Assembly (NCBI RefSeq): GCF_000143415.4
Contig: NW_003314262.1
Location: 3,150,603-3,214,602, forward strand
Direction: 5' to 3'
From: Selaginella moellendorffii
Lineage: Eukaryota; Plantae; Lycopodiophyta
Length of the DNA: 64,000 bases
Part shown: positions 1 to 12,815 of the stretch, piece after piece
Numbering within the stretch: the stretch's first letter is position 1
Layout of the letters: every line of letters starts with the position of its first letter
Notes under the pieces: model-generated
Databases searched by the model: none
Told to the model about the DNA's origin: nothing
The model's input: only the letters and a program-made list of their open reading frames with translations
Position numbers and translations under genes: made by a program

Positions 1-3000
1 GTATATACAATCGACGTGAGCCATATCGACATCCAAAGGAAATACAACCACAGGCTAGTATCTGATGAGTGGGTGGAGAAACTGAAGCAGAAGATGCTGG
101 CAAGTCCAGTAACACCCGACATCGCAGACGTGATCCCCTACTATCGAACAATGAAGGGCAAGATGAGGTTTCCAGACTTGATCAATAGGAAGGTGTTGGA
201 TGATCAGAACATCCGGTTCTATGCCGTCTCCGAGCAGCATTCTAGCTTGGCGATGCAAGAGATAGTTGTGGATATTATGGTGGGCGAGGAGGTGAAGAAA
301 GTCTTCAAGACAAGAGTTGTCCGCCTGATAAAAGGCAACTCGCCCCTCCGATCTATCATATACATCTCCCACGCGCAGAATGTCAAGCAAGAAATGTGCT
401 ACAAATCGGGTCTGCATGAGACATTGGCACGAACATGGAAGCTCTGGGTTCAACTGAAGAAGCCACAAAAACGAGGACAAGGACGTGCACTAGCAACTAG
501 CGCCTGGCAGATAAGCTTTGTTGCATGTGGCATAGCATGTGGCCTCACGCCATTTCCATTGCAGGAATTCTCGAGTCTTCTCTCGAAAACACTGGGGGTC
601 AATGACACACTCAGCATCCATAACATTCTACTCGCGACAAAAGTTGTTTTTGACAAATGGGTAGATGTGCTGAGGAGGTACCATGATGGGGAGTTGCTAA
701 ACTCAATGGGTGTGGAGGACGGCCGGAAGCCCAATGATTTGAAGCTCAACGCCTTGCATTTCTCGCGGTCTCTAGACGACGACGACCTTCTGACAGTGGC
801 TAATGCTCTTCTACGTGGTGAGGTAGTCTTCAACAAGACCAAAATGACTCCCGGCCATATTGTGACATACGAGGACTTGTGCACGACTCTGAGAGCTCAT
901 GCGCTATTGAAGGATTGGATCTTCGAGCAAGTGGCCGTGGAGAGGGTGAGCATCGACACCACGTAAGAGATGATGGAAGAGCTGGAGTTGTCAAATGAAG
1001 ACATCGACGAGTACGTGAAGGGGGCCCCCAAGTTCATCGATCTGCTGTGGGATGCCACGAAAAGTAAAGCTGAGAAGTTGGATCAGTATCCAAATTTCAT
1101 TAAGAGGGATGTCGACCGTCGGCTTCAGAAATAGCTCGACCCCGCAGCAGAGGCCTATCGAGAACCTTACCGGGTATACGTGAATTCGGATGAGGATCAA
1201 AGGTGGAGGAGCATCGTTTCCCGCGGAGATGAGCAGGTCAAGAACATCTTTTGTGTGATGGACTTCACAAACGAGGAGATCACTCATGCAGATGAAGTCA
1301 GCTCTATCATTGACTTAATGGTGGGACTTGCGGAGGTGGAATCTTCAGTCCACTATATGATCTACGACTCCGAATCCTATCACAAGTTCTAGAAGGCCTT
1401 GAACGAGATGAAGGCTCGGTTGAAAGGCAAGGAGATGCGGGAGATCCATGGGATAATGGCTAAGAAGAAGATACCGACGAATGTCCGCATCTTCACACTC
1501 GCCCTTGTTATTGGTCCTGCAGCAGAGTGGGACTGGAGTGACTTCCCAGCTTCGTTCAACAAGGCCGATCGAATTGATCTGAGGGAGGTCAATTTACCCG
1601 TGCCTGAGGAATTGAAGACGGCTATGGAGCTTTCGAATCCAGAGAAAGCTCCAGGTGCAGCATGGGAAATGCTCAGCTGGGTCTTCAACGCAATAGTGGG
1701 TGGGTCACCTGCTTCCGACTCCAAGGGCAAATGCGTTGTCAAGTACAACTGTGGCAGACTATTCTTTCGAGCCGCACTACTCAAGGGTGTCCCGTGTGTT
1801 GCGGTGACAAACTCCATTGAAGAGGTGACTTCAATGGAGCATATAATTACAGTTGCTAAAGAAAAACAGTATCTTCTCTGCGAACCTGGTGAGTACGTAC
1901 TTTAAGTTTAAATGTTATCTCACAAGCTCTGTATGCAGGAGTATGGCCACCCCCAGATGCTGAAACGGCGTTAACAGCTACTGTTGAAGATACCCATGTT
2001 GGGCCGAGCTCACAACCTGCACAAGGTAAGGTCACGTGAGGCCTCACGCCATTTTGATTATAGATCGTTGTGAATATTCAGACACGAGGACTGAAAAGCG
2101 CACTGGTGGCGCGTCGAAGAAGGACAAACAGACAAGCAATAGGAAAAAAGGAGGTACAAATTATATTTGCAATGGCGTGTGGTCTCATGCCATTCCTTGC
2201 AGGAGACACTTCTTCAAAGGCAAAACAGGCAAGCACCAGCCAAGCTCAAACTGACAGTGGTCATAAAAAGCGAAAGCACGTTGGACAGTCGTCGGGATCA
2301 GAGGCGTTTGATTCGAAAAGGAAGAAGGGCAACGAAAAGATGATAGGTAATGCCTCGCGGTTATGGCGTGTGTGCTCATGCCATTCATTGCAGATCAAGG
2401 GCTGAGTGAAAGCAGCCAGTCACCACTTCCTGACTCAGATTCCTATGGCGGACTCCCCTTCCCCAATCTCAATGGAGAGGTACAATGGATGAGGGATGCT
2501 TTTCAAGTCAGAGCCACGTTTTTCTCATCTCGTCGTCTTCGAAGGGTGCAAGAACATGCAGAAACCATGTTAAGACAGTCGGGTGAGGATACGGTCCTAG
2601 GTCACGCACTAAAACAGGCTATGGATGTCTTGTATTTTGAGATGGAGACTCGGCCAGATGATTTTCCCAAGATGGTCCTGGAAGAACAAGCCATCCAGCC
2701 TGAGCAGCCTATGGAAGAAATGCAGGAGGGGGATGAGGAGCCAGAGAAAGATAATGAGCAGGAAGAGCAGAAGGACGAAGAGGAGGACAAAGAAGAGGAG
2801 GGCGAAGAAGAGGAGGATGAAGAGGACTTGGATGGTCCTCACAATGGTGACGATCATAATAACGACGATGGCCAGCCTGAGGTGGCCAAAGAGCAGCGGA
2901 GGAAGGTCATACAAGACAAACCATCAGGTAAATAATAGTACATCCATTCCTAACCTTTTACCATTTCTAACATTGTCCATGTAGGTCGCAGAGCAAATGG

Positions 3001-4701
3001 TAAGTAGAGATTATTCAGTTGAATTAAGATACAAACTCTAGCCTTTAGTGTCGAGGAAGGATAGTGCCAAGCAAGGGTTGAAACGTATGTCCAATCCTTC
3101 AGAATCAGCAGTGTGCCCAAGTGATATCGGTCCTAGTTCCTCAATAGCAGTTGATGGTAAATACAGTATAGTCGATTCAATGTGCTAATGAGTTTGTTTT
3201 TAGTAGCCAGTAGGGAGGATACCATCTCAATCGAAGGGAGATATTTGGACATGCATATGGATCCACCAGTGGACTCTACTTGCCTGCAAGAGTCATTAGA
3301 GCTGGTGGAGGCTACTATCCATATCAACACCAAGCAAGCTGACCACGCTCCACTTGATGCTGCCCATACCACTGAGTCAATCTTGTCCACGTATCCAACT
3401 GACGGTGACTAGGCGCCATTGGACCCGCATGAGGCCGCCCTAGCCGCCGAGCCGGTCGTATCCTCATTTCCAACGGACTCAACGTGTGCCCAATCGTCTG
3501 ACTACGCGCCGTTGGAACCTCCCTACACCGCCCCTGCTGCCTGTTCGGTCACGTCCACTTTGCCAACGGAGGCACCAGCTGAAATGGAGTGTGATCACAC
3601 GCCATCGGAACCACCCCATGCCACTGTTGAGCCAGTTGTACCAGAGTCTACAGCTGAAATGGCATGTGCCCACACGCCATCGGATGCGATTGACCCCACA
3701 TTGCAGAGGAGAGTATTTCTGCCCTTCACGTTTCTTCGACCAAAACCCTCTCAACGACCATCGGGAGCACCATTCGCTAATATTGTAGATGGTAAAATTG
3801 ACTTGTACCATTTTTTATGCTGACGCATTTCATTTCAGAGTCACGGCGAAGGTACTGTATCGTTTTTGATCTGAACGGTGTCCTTTTCTCCCATGAGCGT
3901 GGCTCGTCCTCGAATGTCACTGCACCCTCCAAAGCCTGCGGTCGCAAGTTGGTCAAAAGAGACAGATTCACATTAATCACACGGGAGAAACTGCGGGATC
4001 TAATAATGACCATGCGACACTTAAAACAGAGGGCCGGGTTCAATTTGCAATTGGGAGTTTGGACATCCATGATGCGCCACAATGCATTAACGTTGCTATA
4101 GATGATGCACGATCAGACGCGAGTAATATTACCATTTGACTTTCTCCTAACGCAGGAGGATTGCTTGACTATGGTCCATGTGAGGGGTAGCAAGCCCATC
4201 TTCGTCAAGCCAGAGGCTGTAGTGATGAACCGGACTGCTAGGTCAAGTGAAATCCTCATCATTGATGACTCGCCGATTAAAACTGCAGCGAACACGCACA
4301 CATATGCAGTGCACCCCATCTTTTGCAGTATGGAAACTAGGGAGAAGAAACCGTATGTTCTGGGGGACCTTGCAAAACGGCTTGGAGCGATGGTGATAGA
4401 GAACCGGCCAGTCCAGGAGGTGGCTGCAGAAATCAACCAAATGGCAGATGGAACGGTATATCAGAAGCCATTTGATCGGACAGACACCAGTCATCATTTA
4501 TGGCATGTATATTGTATAGCCAAGCACTATCCGCATCTCCATAATCTGCTCAACCGGATGGGTTCTTCGACCACTGAACATGAGCATGGACGTATTAGAG
4601 AAGAGATGGCATTACTATTGGGTTTAAATCCTGATAGTGTGGAGAGTGATGAAATTCCAAGATTATTGTATAGGCGTTGGAGGCAAAAAATAACAGTCTG
4701 A
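1..4701 (+). pseudogene. Disrupted multi-exon gene: ParB/Srx-like N-terminal domain, degenerate amino-MTase-like region, acidic linker, C-terminal FCP1/NIF-like HAD phosphatase domain; 5' end lies outside the window
   Basis: ORFs 16-966, 1180-1392 and 1399-1905 share one frame broken by single stops at 964, 1132 and 1390. Short GT-AG introns follow. C-terminal exon has IVFDLNGVL...VWTS...IIDDSPIK (FCP1-like HAD motifs) split by TAG at 4099. Confidence 0.6.
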
Positions 4702-5219
4702 GATGGCATGTATTTATTTAAAAATGTAACTTATTATGGCATGGGGTTCCATGCCATTGTATTAATATTAAAAGACAATTCTTTGAGAGGATTTGCATTA
4801 TACTAGAAGTGTTATAGCATGTTATTGGAAGTCTACGAAGTTGTTTTATTAATAAGGGGAAAGTAAAGATTGAATGGGGACTTGGGCTCCACTTAGACTC
4901 GGAGCAACTGAGCCAATATTAAAAGGATGGAAAGAAATTGGACAACGATGACAAGGAGAAGAGAGAGGTGAAGCAGTGGCAAGGGGAGGAGAAGTGATTG
5001 AGTAGACATTTCCTTGTTTAAAATAAAATGGCATGTGCCTCAATGCAGTTGAATTTTGTTATATTTATATACTATATAAAGGTTTGGAAACCTTATTTTA
5101 CAAGTGGGATAATGACAATTCCCACTTTAACGAAATAGAGCTTCTCCTATCTTCACAATCACTATGAAAGGACTCCTTCATGAAGACCCTATTTTCCTTT
5201 TTGCTTTGCATGTTTCTTC

Positions 5220-8200
5220 TGTCAGTCTTCCTGAGAAGTATCATGATTTTGGGGATGTGTTTGACAAGAAAAAAGCTAGTGTACTACTTGTTCATTAGCC
5301 TTATGACTGTCCCATTGATTTACAGGAAGGAGCATCACCTCTGTGGGGGCCTATCTACGAGTTATCCCCGTTCGAGCTTAAGGCTCTCAAAGAGTACGTG
5401 GATGAGAACCTTGCCTTGGGGTACATTTAGCATTTGCAGTCCCCGGCTAGAGCGCCTGTCTTCTTTGTCAAGAAGAAGGATGGGAGTTTGCGGCTAGTCA
5501 TTGACTACCGAGGTTTCAACAAGGTGACTGTTCGGAACTGTTATCCGCTGCCCCTGATCTCGGACCTATTGGAACGCCACAGTGGTGCCCGCTTCTTTAC
5601 CAAGATCGACCTCTGTGGAGCATACAACCTGATCCGGATCCGGCCTGGTGATGAATGGAAGACTGCATTCTGAACCCACTATGGCCACTTCGAGTACACT
5701 GTCATGCCATTTGGCTTGACAAATGCTCTAGCAGTTTTCCAACACATGGCGAACGACATCTTTCAGGAGTTTCTTGATCAAATGGTGATCGTCTACCTTG
5801 ATGACATCCTCATCTACTAAAAAACTCAGGAGGAGCATAACGAGCATGTGCACAAGGTGCTGGTAAAGTTGTGGGAACACGGCCTATACGCAAAGCTTGA
5901 GAAATGTTCCTTCTATCAGGAGTCTGTGGAGTTCCTTGGGTACATTGTCACTCTTGAGGGTATCACGATGGATCCTGCCAAAGTCAAGACTATTCTCGAA
6001 TGGGAGCCTTCACAATTAATGTCAGACATTCAGGTTTTCCTTGGCTTCGCTAACTTCTATCGCAAATTCGTTGATCACTACTCTGACATTGTCCTTCCTC
6101 TCACGCATCTCACTCGCAAGGATGTTCCCTTCTCTTGGTCTGCTGCTGCCCAACAGGCCTTTGACACACTCAATGCAGCCTTCAATTATGCTCCTGTTTT
6201 GATCCACACTGATCCCTCACAACCTTTTTTCATCGAGGCTAACGCCTCCGACATTGCCATCAGTGCTGTGCTGTCTCAACTCGGAGCGGATCAAGAATTT
6301 TATCCGGTCGCCTTCCATTCTCGGAAATTCCAGCCTGCGGAGATCAATTACGAAATCCACAACACGGAGCTCCTTGCCATCGTGGATTCCTTTGGAGAGT
6401 GGCATCATTTCTTGGAGGGAGCGGGCCATCAAACAACGGTCTGGACGGATCACAAAAATCTTGAGTACTTTGCCACTTCCCGAGTTTTGAGCTGTCATCA
6501 AACAAGGTGGGCACAATTCCTGAGTTGGTTTGACTTTGTTATCAGGTACAGATCTAGAAAGCTTCAAGGCCTTCCTGATGCTCTTTCAAGGCGCTCCTAT
6601 CTCAATCTCAGGAGTGGTAATCCTACCTTCGATCAACAGGATTAAGTTATCCTCGATCTTGATCGGCTTCAAGTTATGGCAATTTCCCTGGCCCCTCAGG
6701 ACTCCTCCTTGATGGATGTGATCAGAAATGATCTTCAATCCAATGACCTCGCCAGCGACATTTTCCCCCATCTTCAGGCTGGACACCCAATGACTCTCGA
6801 CTGCCGGCGATTTGACGAGTTTGAGCTCTTAGATGGCTTGTTGTACCATAGGGAGCAGCTTTACGTTCCTGAAGGTGATGCTCGAAGGTTGGTCCTAATG
6901 ACGTGCCACGATAGCTTGACTGCTGGTCACTTCGGCATTGCGAAAACCTATGAGTTGGTTGCACGGGACTTTTGGTGGCCTCACATGGAAAACTACATCA
7001 AAGTTTTTGTTACCTCCTATGACACTTGTGCCCGGAATAAAGTACCTTGCCACCTTCCTTCAGGTTTGCTTCGTTCCCTCCCAGTCCCTTCAAGTCTTTG
7101 GGAATCCATCTCCATGGATTTCTTGAGTGATCTTCTGAGTTCTAGAGGCTTCAACAACATTTTAGTCGTGGTGGATTGCTTCACAAAGATGGCGCACTTC
7201 CTGCCGTGTACCAAGGAGTTTTCGAGTGAGGACATGGCAAACTAGTATTCAGGGAAATTTTCCGACTTCATGGGATTCCTACAGATGTGGTTTTGGATCA
7301 GGGACCTCAGTTCATCTCTCATTTCTGGCAACAATTTTTGCAGCTACTTGGAGTGAAGGCCAACCTTTCTTTGGCGTATCATCCTCAAACTGATGGACAG
7401 TTTGAGCGAATGATTCAGACGTTAGAACAATTTCTGAGGTGCTTCATCAACTATCATTAGGATGACTAGTTCGATATCCTTCCCCTTGCTGAGTTCTCCT
7501 ATAACAACTCTATTCACTCCTCTCTTCGAGTTTCCCCCTTCTTTGCGAACTCTGGCCGAAATCCCCGATTCAATCTCTCACTTCCTTTTCCATCCGAATC
7601 CTCTCGTTCAAATCCCCACTCTGAGGCATTTGTTCTCTAACCTCCAGGAAATCCACAACTCCATCTCCTTCCACCTCCATCGTGCTCAAGAGTCTCACAA
7701 ACCATTTGCCAATGTCCATCGTCAGGATTGTCCCCCTTACAATATCGTGGATAAAGTCTGGCTCCTCAGGCGAAATATCTCCACCACCAGGCCATGTCCC
7801 AAACTCGATTTCAAATGCCTCGGTCCTTTCCCTATCACTGCTATCATTAATCCTGTCACTTATCGCCTTGCACTTCCCTCCTCATATCAAATTCACCCCA
7901 CTTTTCACTCCTCTCTCCTCTCTCCTTATATTCCCAGTCCTATTCCAAATTGGGTCATTCCTCTGCCTCCACCAATGCAGCTCGAGGATAGGTCTGAGTA
8001 CGAGGTTCAGGACATCCTTGATTCCAAGATCTCCCGGTCTAAACTCTACTATCTGGTTGACTGGAAGGGTTATGGACCTGAAGACCGCACTTGGGAACCT
8101 ACGGACAACCTGATTCATTCTCCTGACCTTGTTCAGGACTTCCACCACCGCTATCCTTCTCATCCTAGTCCTCATTCTTTTTCTCCATCTCCCATCCCTC

Positions 8201-8514
8201 GCCGCCCTTCTCATCCTCCTCTTCATTCTCATTCACGTCTTCATTCCACTCGTTCTTGAGGAGGGGGTGTTGTTGGGAATCCCCCAATTCTTGCCACATT
8301 CCTAACTCTCACCGGATTCCTGACTTGTAGACCACATTCCTGACTCTCGAGACACTTCCCTATTCCTGACTTTCAAGACACTTCCCTATTCCTAACTCTC
8401 GATTTCCCGTACAATTCCTGAGTCTCGAGCCGCATTCCTGATGATGATGTGGCGCCTCCTTGACCTCAACTATATTTAGGCTGTCCTCAATCCAAGAGTG
8501 GTGGAACTTCATCA
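5220..8514 (+). mobile_element. 5'-truncated, degenerate Ty3/gypsy chromovirus (RT, RNase H, integrase, chromodomain) with PPT and probable 3' LTR
   Basis: [21 protein letters not shown] and YLDDILIY (RT); RNase H ...NYEIHNTELLAIV; integrase CHDSLTAGHFG and WESISMDF; chromodomain YEVQDILDSK...YLVDWKGY. Many stops and frameshifts. PPT GAGGAGGGGG at 8258-8267. Confidence 0.93.
8271..8514 (+). repeat. Probable 3' LTR of the chromovirus, with internal ATTCCT(G/A)ACT-core tandem repeats
   Basis: TG starts just after the PPT, there is a TATA-like TATATTTA, and it may end in ...TTCATCA. The 3' boundary is uncertain because no 5' LTR is present for comparison. Confidence 0.6.
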
Positions 8515-8539
8515 ACCTATAGTATATATAGGTTAGCCT

Positions 8540-11500
8540 TGTTCCATTTCTTCACAATCTGAATCAACGCTAGTCTAAGGGCTCTTCTTCATTTCCACTA
8601 GCTTTTCTCTTGTCTTTTGCATTTTCCAGTCTTGATCTTGTTGGGGGTCTTGATAGGATAGGGGTGAAACGCTATACCATTTTGTCTAGGCTTGCTATTA
8701 AAGATTTAAGTTACAATACTCAATTCTTTTCCAGGAAACCTTGCTATTACTCCTTGAGTAGTTTGGTGTTGGATTAGTTTTGAGTTTGGTTAAAAAGAAA
8801 GTAGCATAAGCTTATTTGTGTTGTGAACAAAAATTAGTGGTGTTGGGTGTTATAAATCTTTATTGGTGGAATGTGGCATTTATGTTGCATTTTGTTGAAT
8901 TGAGTTGGCACTTGATAATCACATAAACTTTTGAAGTAATGATATGGGTATTGCTTGTAGTGTTGCTCAATTGATGATCAAGTCGTTGTGATTTCTTATA
9001 TCATATCCATGTGACAATGAGTAATATGTTTACAAAGTTGCTTGGTTAAATGATGATCAACCCCAAAGTCATTGATAGCGAAGTTAGTTTACTTGCAAAT
9101 AGTAGCATTGAAATAGCTTTGACTTGGTTCTCAATAGTGATTTATAATATGCTAAGTATATGTTGGTACCTTGTTTCACTAAGGTTACCCATATAAAGGG
9201 TTATAACATTCACTTGCTATGGCTTGTCAATTGATCCGTTATACTTTGAGTAGATTATTGGATGGTGAAGGTGTATAGTTGAAACATTGACATCGCTAGC
9301 ACTTGTGTTAGTGGAAGTGGCATTATTATTTCGAGTGATGAGGAATTCTCTTTAAACCTTGATTTTCCATGTCATTTTTCTTGTTAGTGTTTTGGTTGCA
9401 CATGGATTTTGAAGGTGATTAAAGAAGAGTGTTTATGCAATGTGGATATTCGAAGATGTGGTCTTCGTGATCAAGTCTTGGATGTTCATTTTGCATTTGA
9501 CGGATGTCGATGTTGGATTTGGAGATATGTACGAGATGTTCAATGCTTAAGCATACTATGGGTCATGAGAATTAGTGTTGAGGTGAACTTATGTGAAGTT
9601 GTAGGCAGGAGGAAGTTAATTGATTTTTGAAAGGATTGAAAGTCATTCTTTCTCTAGGATAGAAAATTTTCCACAAATTTTCTTAAACTTTTCCAATGGT
9701 TGATCTATTGATCATTTTGCTTGAAAACCATTCTGTTTTCGAGGCCAATATAAACTAGTGAAAGGGTTGGAGTTGATTTTGGTTGGCTTAAACTTTAATA
9801 AGTAGTTTATATGATATAACCCGAAAGGGATACTGACTTTTGGGGCTAAAGCAATTAAGTTGGATAGAGTCTAGAGTTGGTGTAGAAAAGTGGTTGTTGC
9901 ACTTTTTTAAGAAAGGTGACCCTTGTGTCTTTCTTCTATAGCATTGTAGGTACACCTTACATTTCGTTAAGACTCTATGAGAGTAGTGAGCTCTCACTGA
10001 TCTTGACTTGGTCTTGGTGGCCCTGTAGCTTGGCTAAGGATGGTGATATCTAACTTAATTGTTGAGTTTAAGATGTTGGTACCCGTACTATAGCTTTGTC
10101 TAAGAGGAGGTTGTGTACTAATATGAGTCCATCTCATAGTCTTCACTTTAATTTCGACTAAGTGTTAGTCATATATAGCTAACTTCTTCAAGGCATGCTC
10201 AGAGTTGTTGACTAAATGTGTTGGTGAGCTTATTGCAGTAGAGTTGGATTCGAGTGGTCATTTAGTTTGTGCTTGTCTGTGAACCTTTATCTCATACATG
10301 GGGTATTACGTTTATGTTAGCTAAGTATATGACTCGATGATATGAGTTTAGTGTTGAGTCTTGTGAAGGCAAGTTGAAGAGTGATTATTAGTTGCTTTGC
10401 GACTAATGGTTGCTAGTAGACTTTGTCAAAGACTATGACACTTGCTTCACTTGATAATGATTTAGCAGTGATGGGCTTGCTTTATTAAATGGTGTTGCAA
10501 AGGATCATGTCATGGCTATTGGCATGTCAATTCCTCTGTCGATATCATTTGGTTGCGTTTAGTTCGTAGTGTTAAATTTCATTAAGTCTTGGATGTGGTG
10601 AATCACTTCTTGATGATGTGTTATCTAAAACTGAGTATTGTTAAAGGATTACTCTTGAATACTGAGTAAAATATCTTCAACATTGGTTAACATGATTCCT
10701 AGAGAGTTTTGAGTGGTGATTCACTTTTGCTTTCTTCTAGCTTTGTTATGGTGTTGATGGCATTGAAGTGATGCCTTGTCATTGACATTGTTGATGTTGA
10801 GATTTGAGTGAAATGAGATGTCTCTCCTTAAAATTGATATTGAGTTTCATTAGTCTCAATGAATATAATGTTGATAATTTAGCTATGGCTTTGTGTTATT
10901 GGCATTCATGCATTTGGTAGTTAATAACTGTGTTGGCATTCAAACGAACTAAGTGGCAAGTTTGAGTTAGTTGTATTCTAGACGAAATTGTTTAATAGGG
11001 GTTGAGTTTTGAGTTTTTCCTTGAAAAGTGATTTAATCATGGACAATGTTAACTCTACAAAAAGAAGAGTTAGTGATTGATATTGGAATGTTTGAATCCT
11101 TATTGGATATGACTTAGAATATATCAATCATTGATAATTCTTCTTGTGCTTGTTATGAAGTGAGTTACATTTTGTTATAGATAGATTCATAGAGGATTAA
11201 TTTGGTGGTCACTTGTTGAGCATAACTTTGTTATGCTTAGCTTTTGGATTGATGCAAATATACTCTTCATTAGCTTTGCATTATGAAATTTAATATTGTG
11301 GGTTGTGCTATGATTTCTTCTTTAACATTGAAATTAATTCATGCAAGACTTGTGATCATTGTTAGGTAATACTTAGCTATATGCTTCTTCGAGTTTTTGG
11401 TTCTTTGAGTTTTATATTCATTGTTCCATTTGTTAAAAGTTGTTGGGGAAGGCATTTTGGCTCCTAGCTTCGATGTTGAAGTTAATATTTGCATCTGGCA

Positions 11501-12700
11501 ATCATTAATGATAATTGATTATCATCTAGGATAGTTTTGTCAAAGGTTTTGCTTGATTATTATTGATCTAGAATGATTTGCCATTTTTCAAGGTGGTAGA
11601 TTCTTTCTTCAATGATGATTATGCATCTCTTCATTGATGGGATAATTGATAATCTTTCATGATGGTTAGTTGTTCTCTTTGATAATTTATAGTTTTTTCG
11701 CAATACCACATGTTCTTTGTGGTTTGCTCTGGATTGGTCTTTTAGGTTTGAAACATTAATAAAATGTTGCTAATGTTTACTTGAGAAACTTTAGTTCCTT
11801 GGTATTGTTAACCGGGATCTATTTAGATTGGCTAGTGCAATAGTTAGTATGAATGAGTGTTTGTTAGTTTTACTATATTCATTCTATTTTGTTAATTATT
11901 GTTTGAGTTGATTCTGATAGATTAGGATGTTATTTTCTTCTGGTAATACATTCGCAAACATTTTTCTCGCTAATCGATGATACTTTGTGTTCTTTGAGTT
12001 ATCTTTCGTAAATTGTTTGGCATTCTATCTGCAATCTTTGATAGTTATGTTTTGTCATTGAGTGTCCTTGATGATATATTAGTTATTGACTTTTGTTAAA
12101 TGATGAATCCTATATTTCCAAAAATGATGATCTTGGTGGTTCCTATACTCTAATACTGGTTTATTGGATGATAACTTCTTTAGAATACTTTTGTGTTCTA
12201 ATCTAAGCTTTATTCACTAATAATTAAGACTTTAAGATATCATTGTCTATGACTTTGATATTGTCCATCTATTGCTCTTTGAGTTTGGGCTAATATAGGC
12301 AAATTGGCTTCAGCACTTCGTGTGCATAGTGAAATCTTTAGTCATGAGGTAGTTATTGTCAACTGGTCACATAACTTGCCTCTCTATTGATGTTCCTTAT
12401 TCCGTTAAAATGGCATGATCATATAAACAACTCTGATTACTTGTTTATAGTAGTTTATCTAAACTTTACTAACGAGTTTGGTTTCTTTGCTCATAAGGGT
12501 TGGAGCCTCTGGCTTCTCTCTCTATGTCCCTACAGGCAAAGGTGTATCACACTTTTGTAAGCTGGGTGACACCCAAAGCAGCAAAGATGGCTAACTCTAT
12601 TGGTCATTTCCTTATCGACGACGGCTGGAAGGTGTTTGAGTTAGTAGCGTATTTGCGTTAGACAAAAAAGTTACCCTACATTTAAGTTAGTGCATTTTTC
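8540..12700 (-). mobile_element. Highly degenerate Ty3/gypsy-like pol relic
   Basis: No long ORFs and AT-rich. Reverse-strand remnants: WVSP (~12570) and FVYMIMPF (~12420) of RT, plus integrase-like remnants at ~10.1-10.7 kb. Confidence 0.6.
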
Positions 12701-12793
12701 ACATAGTGTGATCATTGTGAATTTTTTCTGGAGTTGTTTCTTTGGCGGTGGTCTAAACTGGAGTATGCATCAACGAGGACGTCAATCTTCCTT

Positions 12794-12815
12794 AAGGGGG
12801 GAGAGTGTCACGAAT
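12794..12815 (+). mobile_element. Gypsy-type polypurine tract followed by an LTR-like start
   Basis: AAGGGGGGAGAG (12794-12805) immediately followed by TGTCACG at 12806. Confidence 0.5.

Noticed and set aside
8290-8440. Regularly spaced short repeats resembling a CRISPR array
   Set aside because: Degenerate repeats inside an LTR with no unique spacers, no cas genes and a eukaryotic context.
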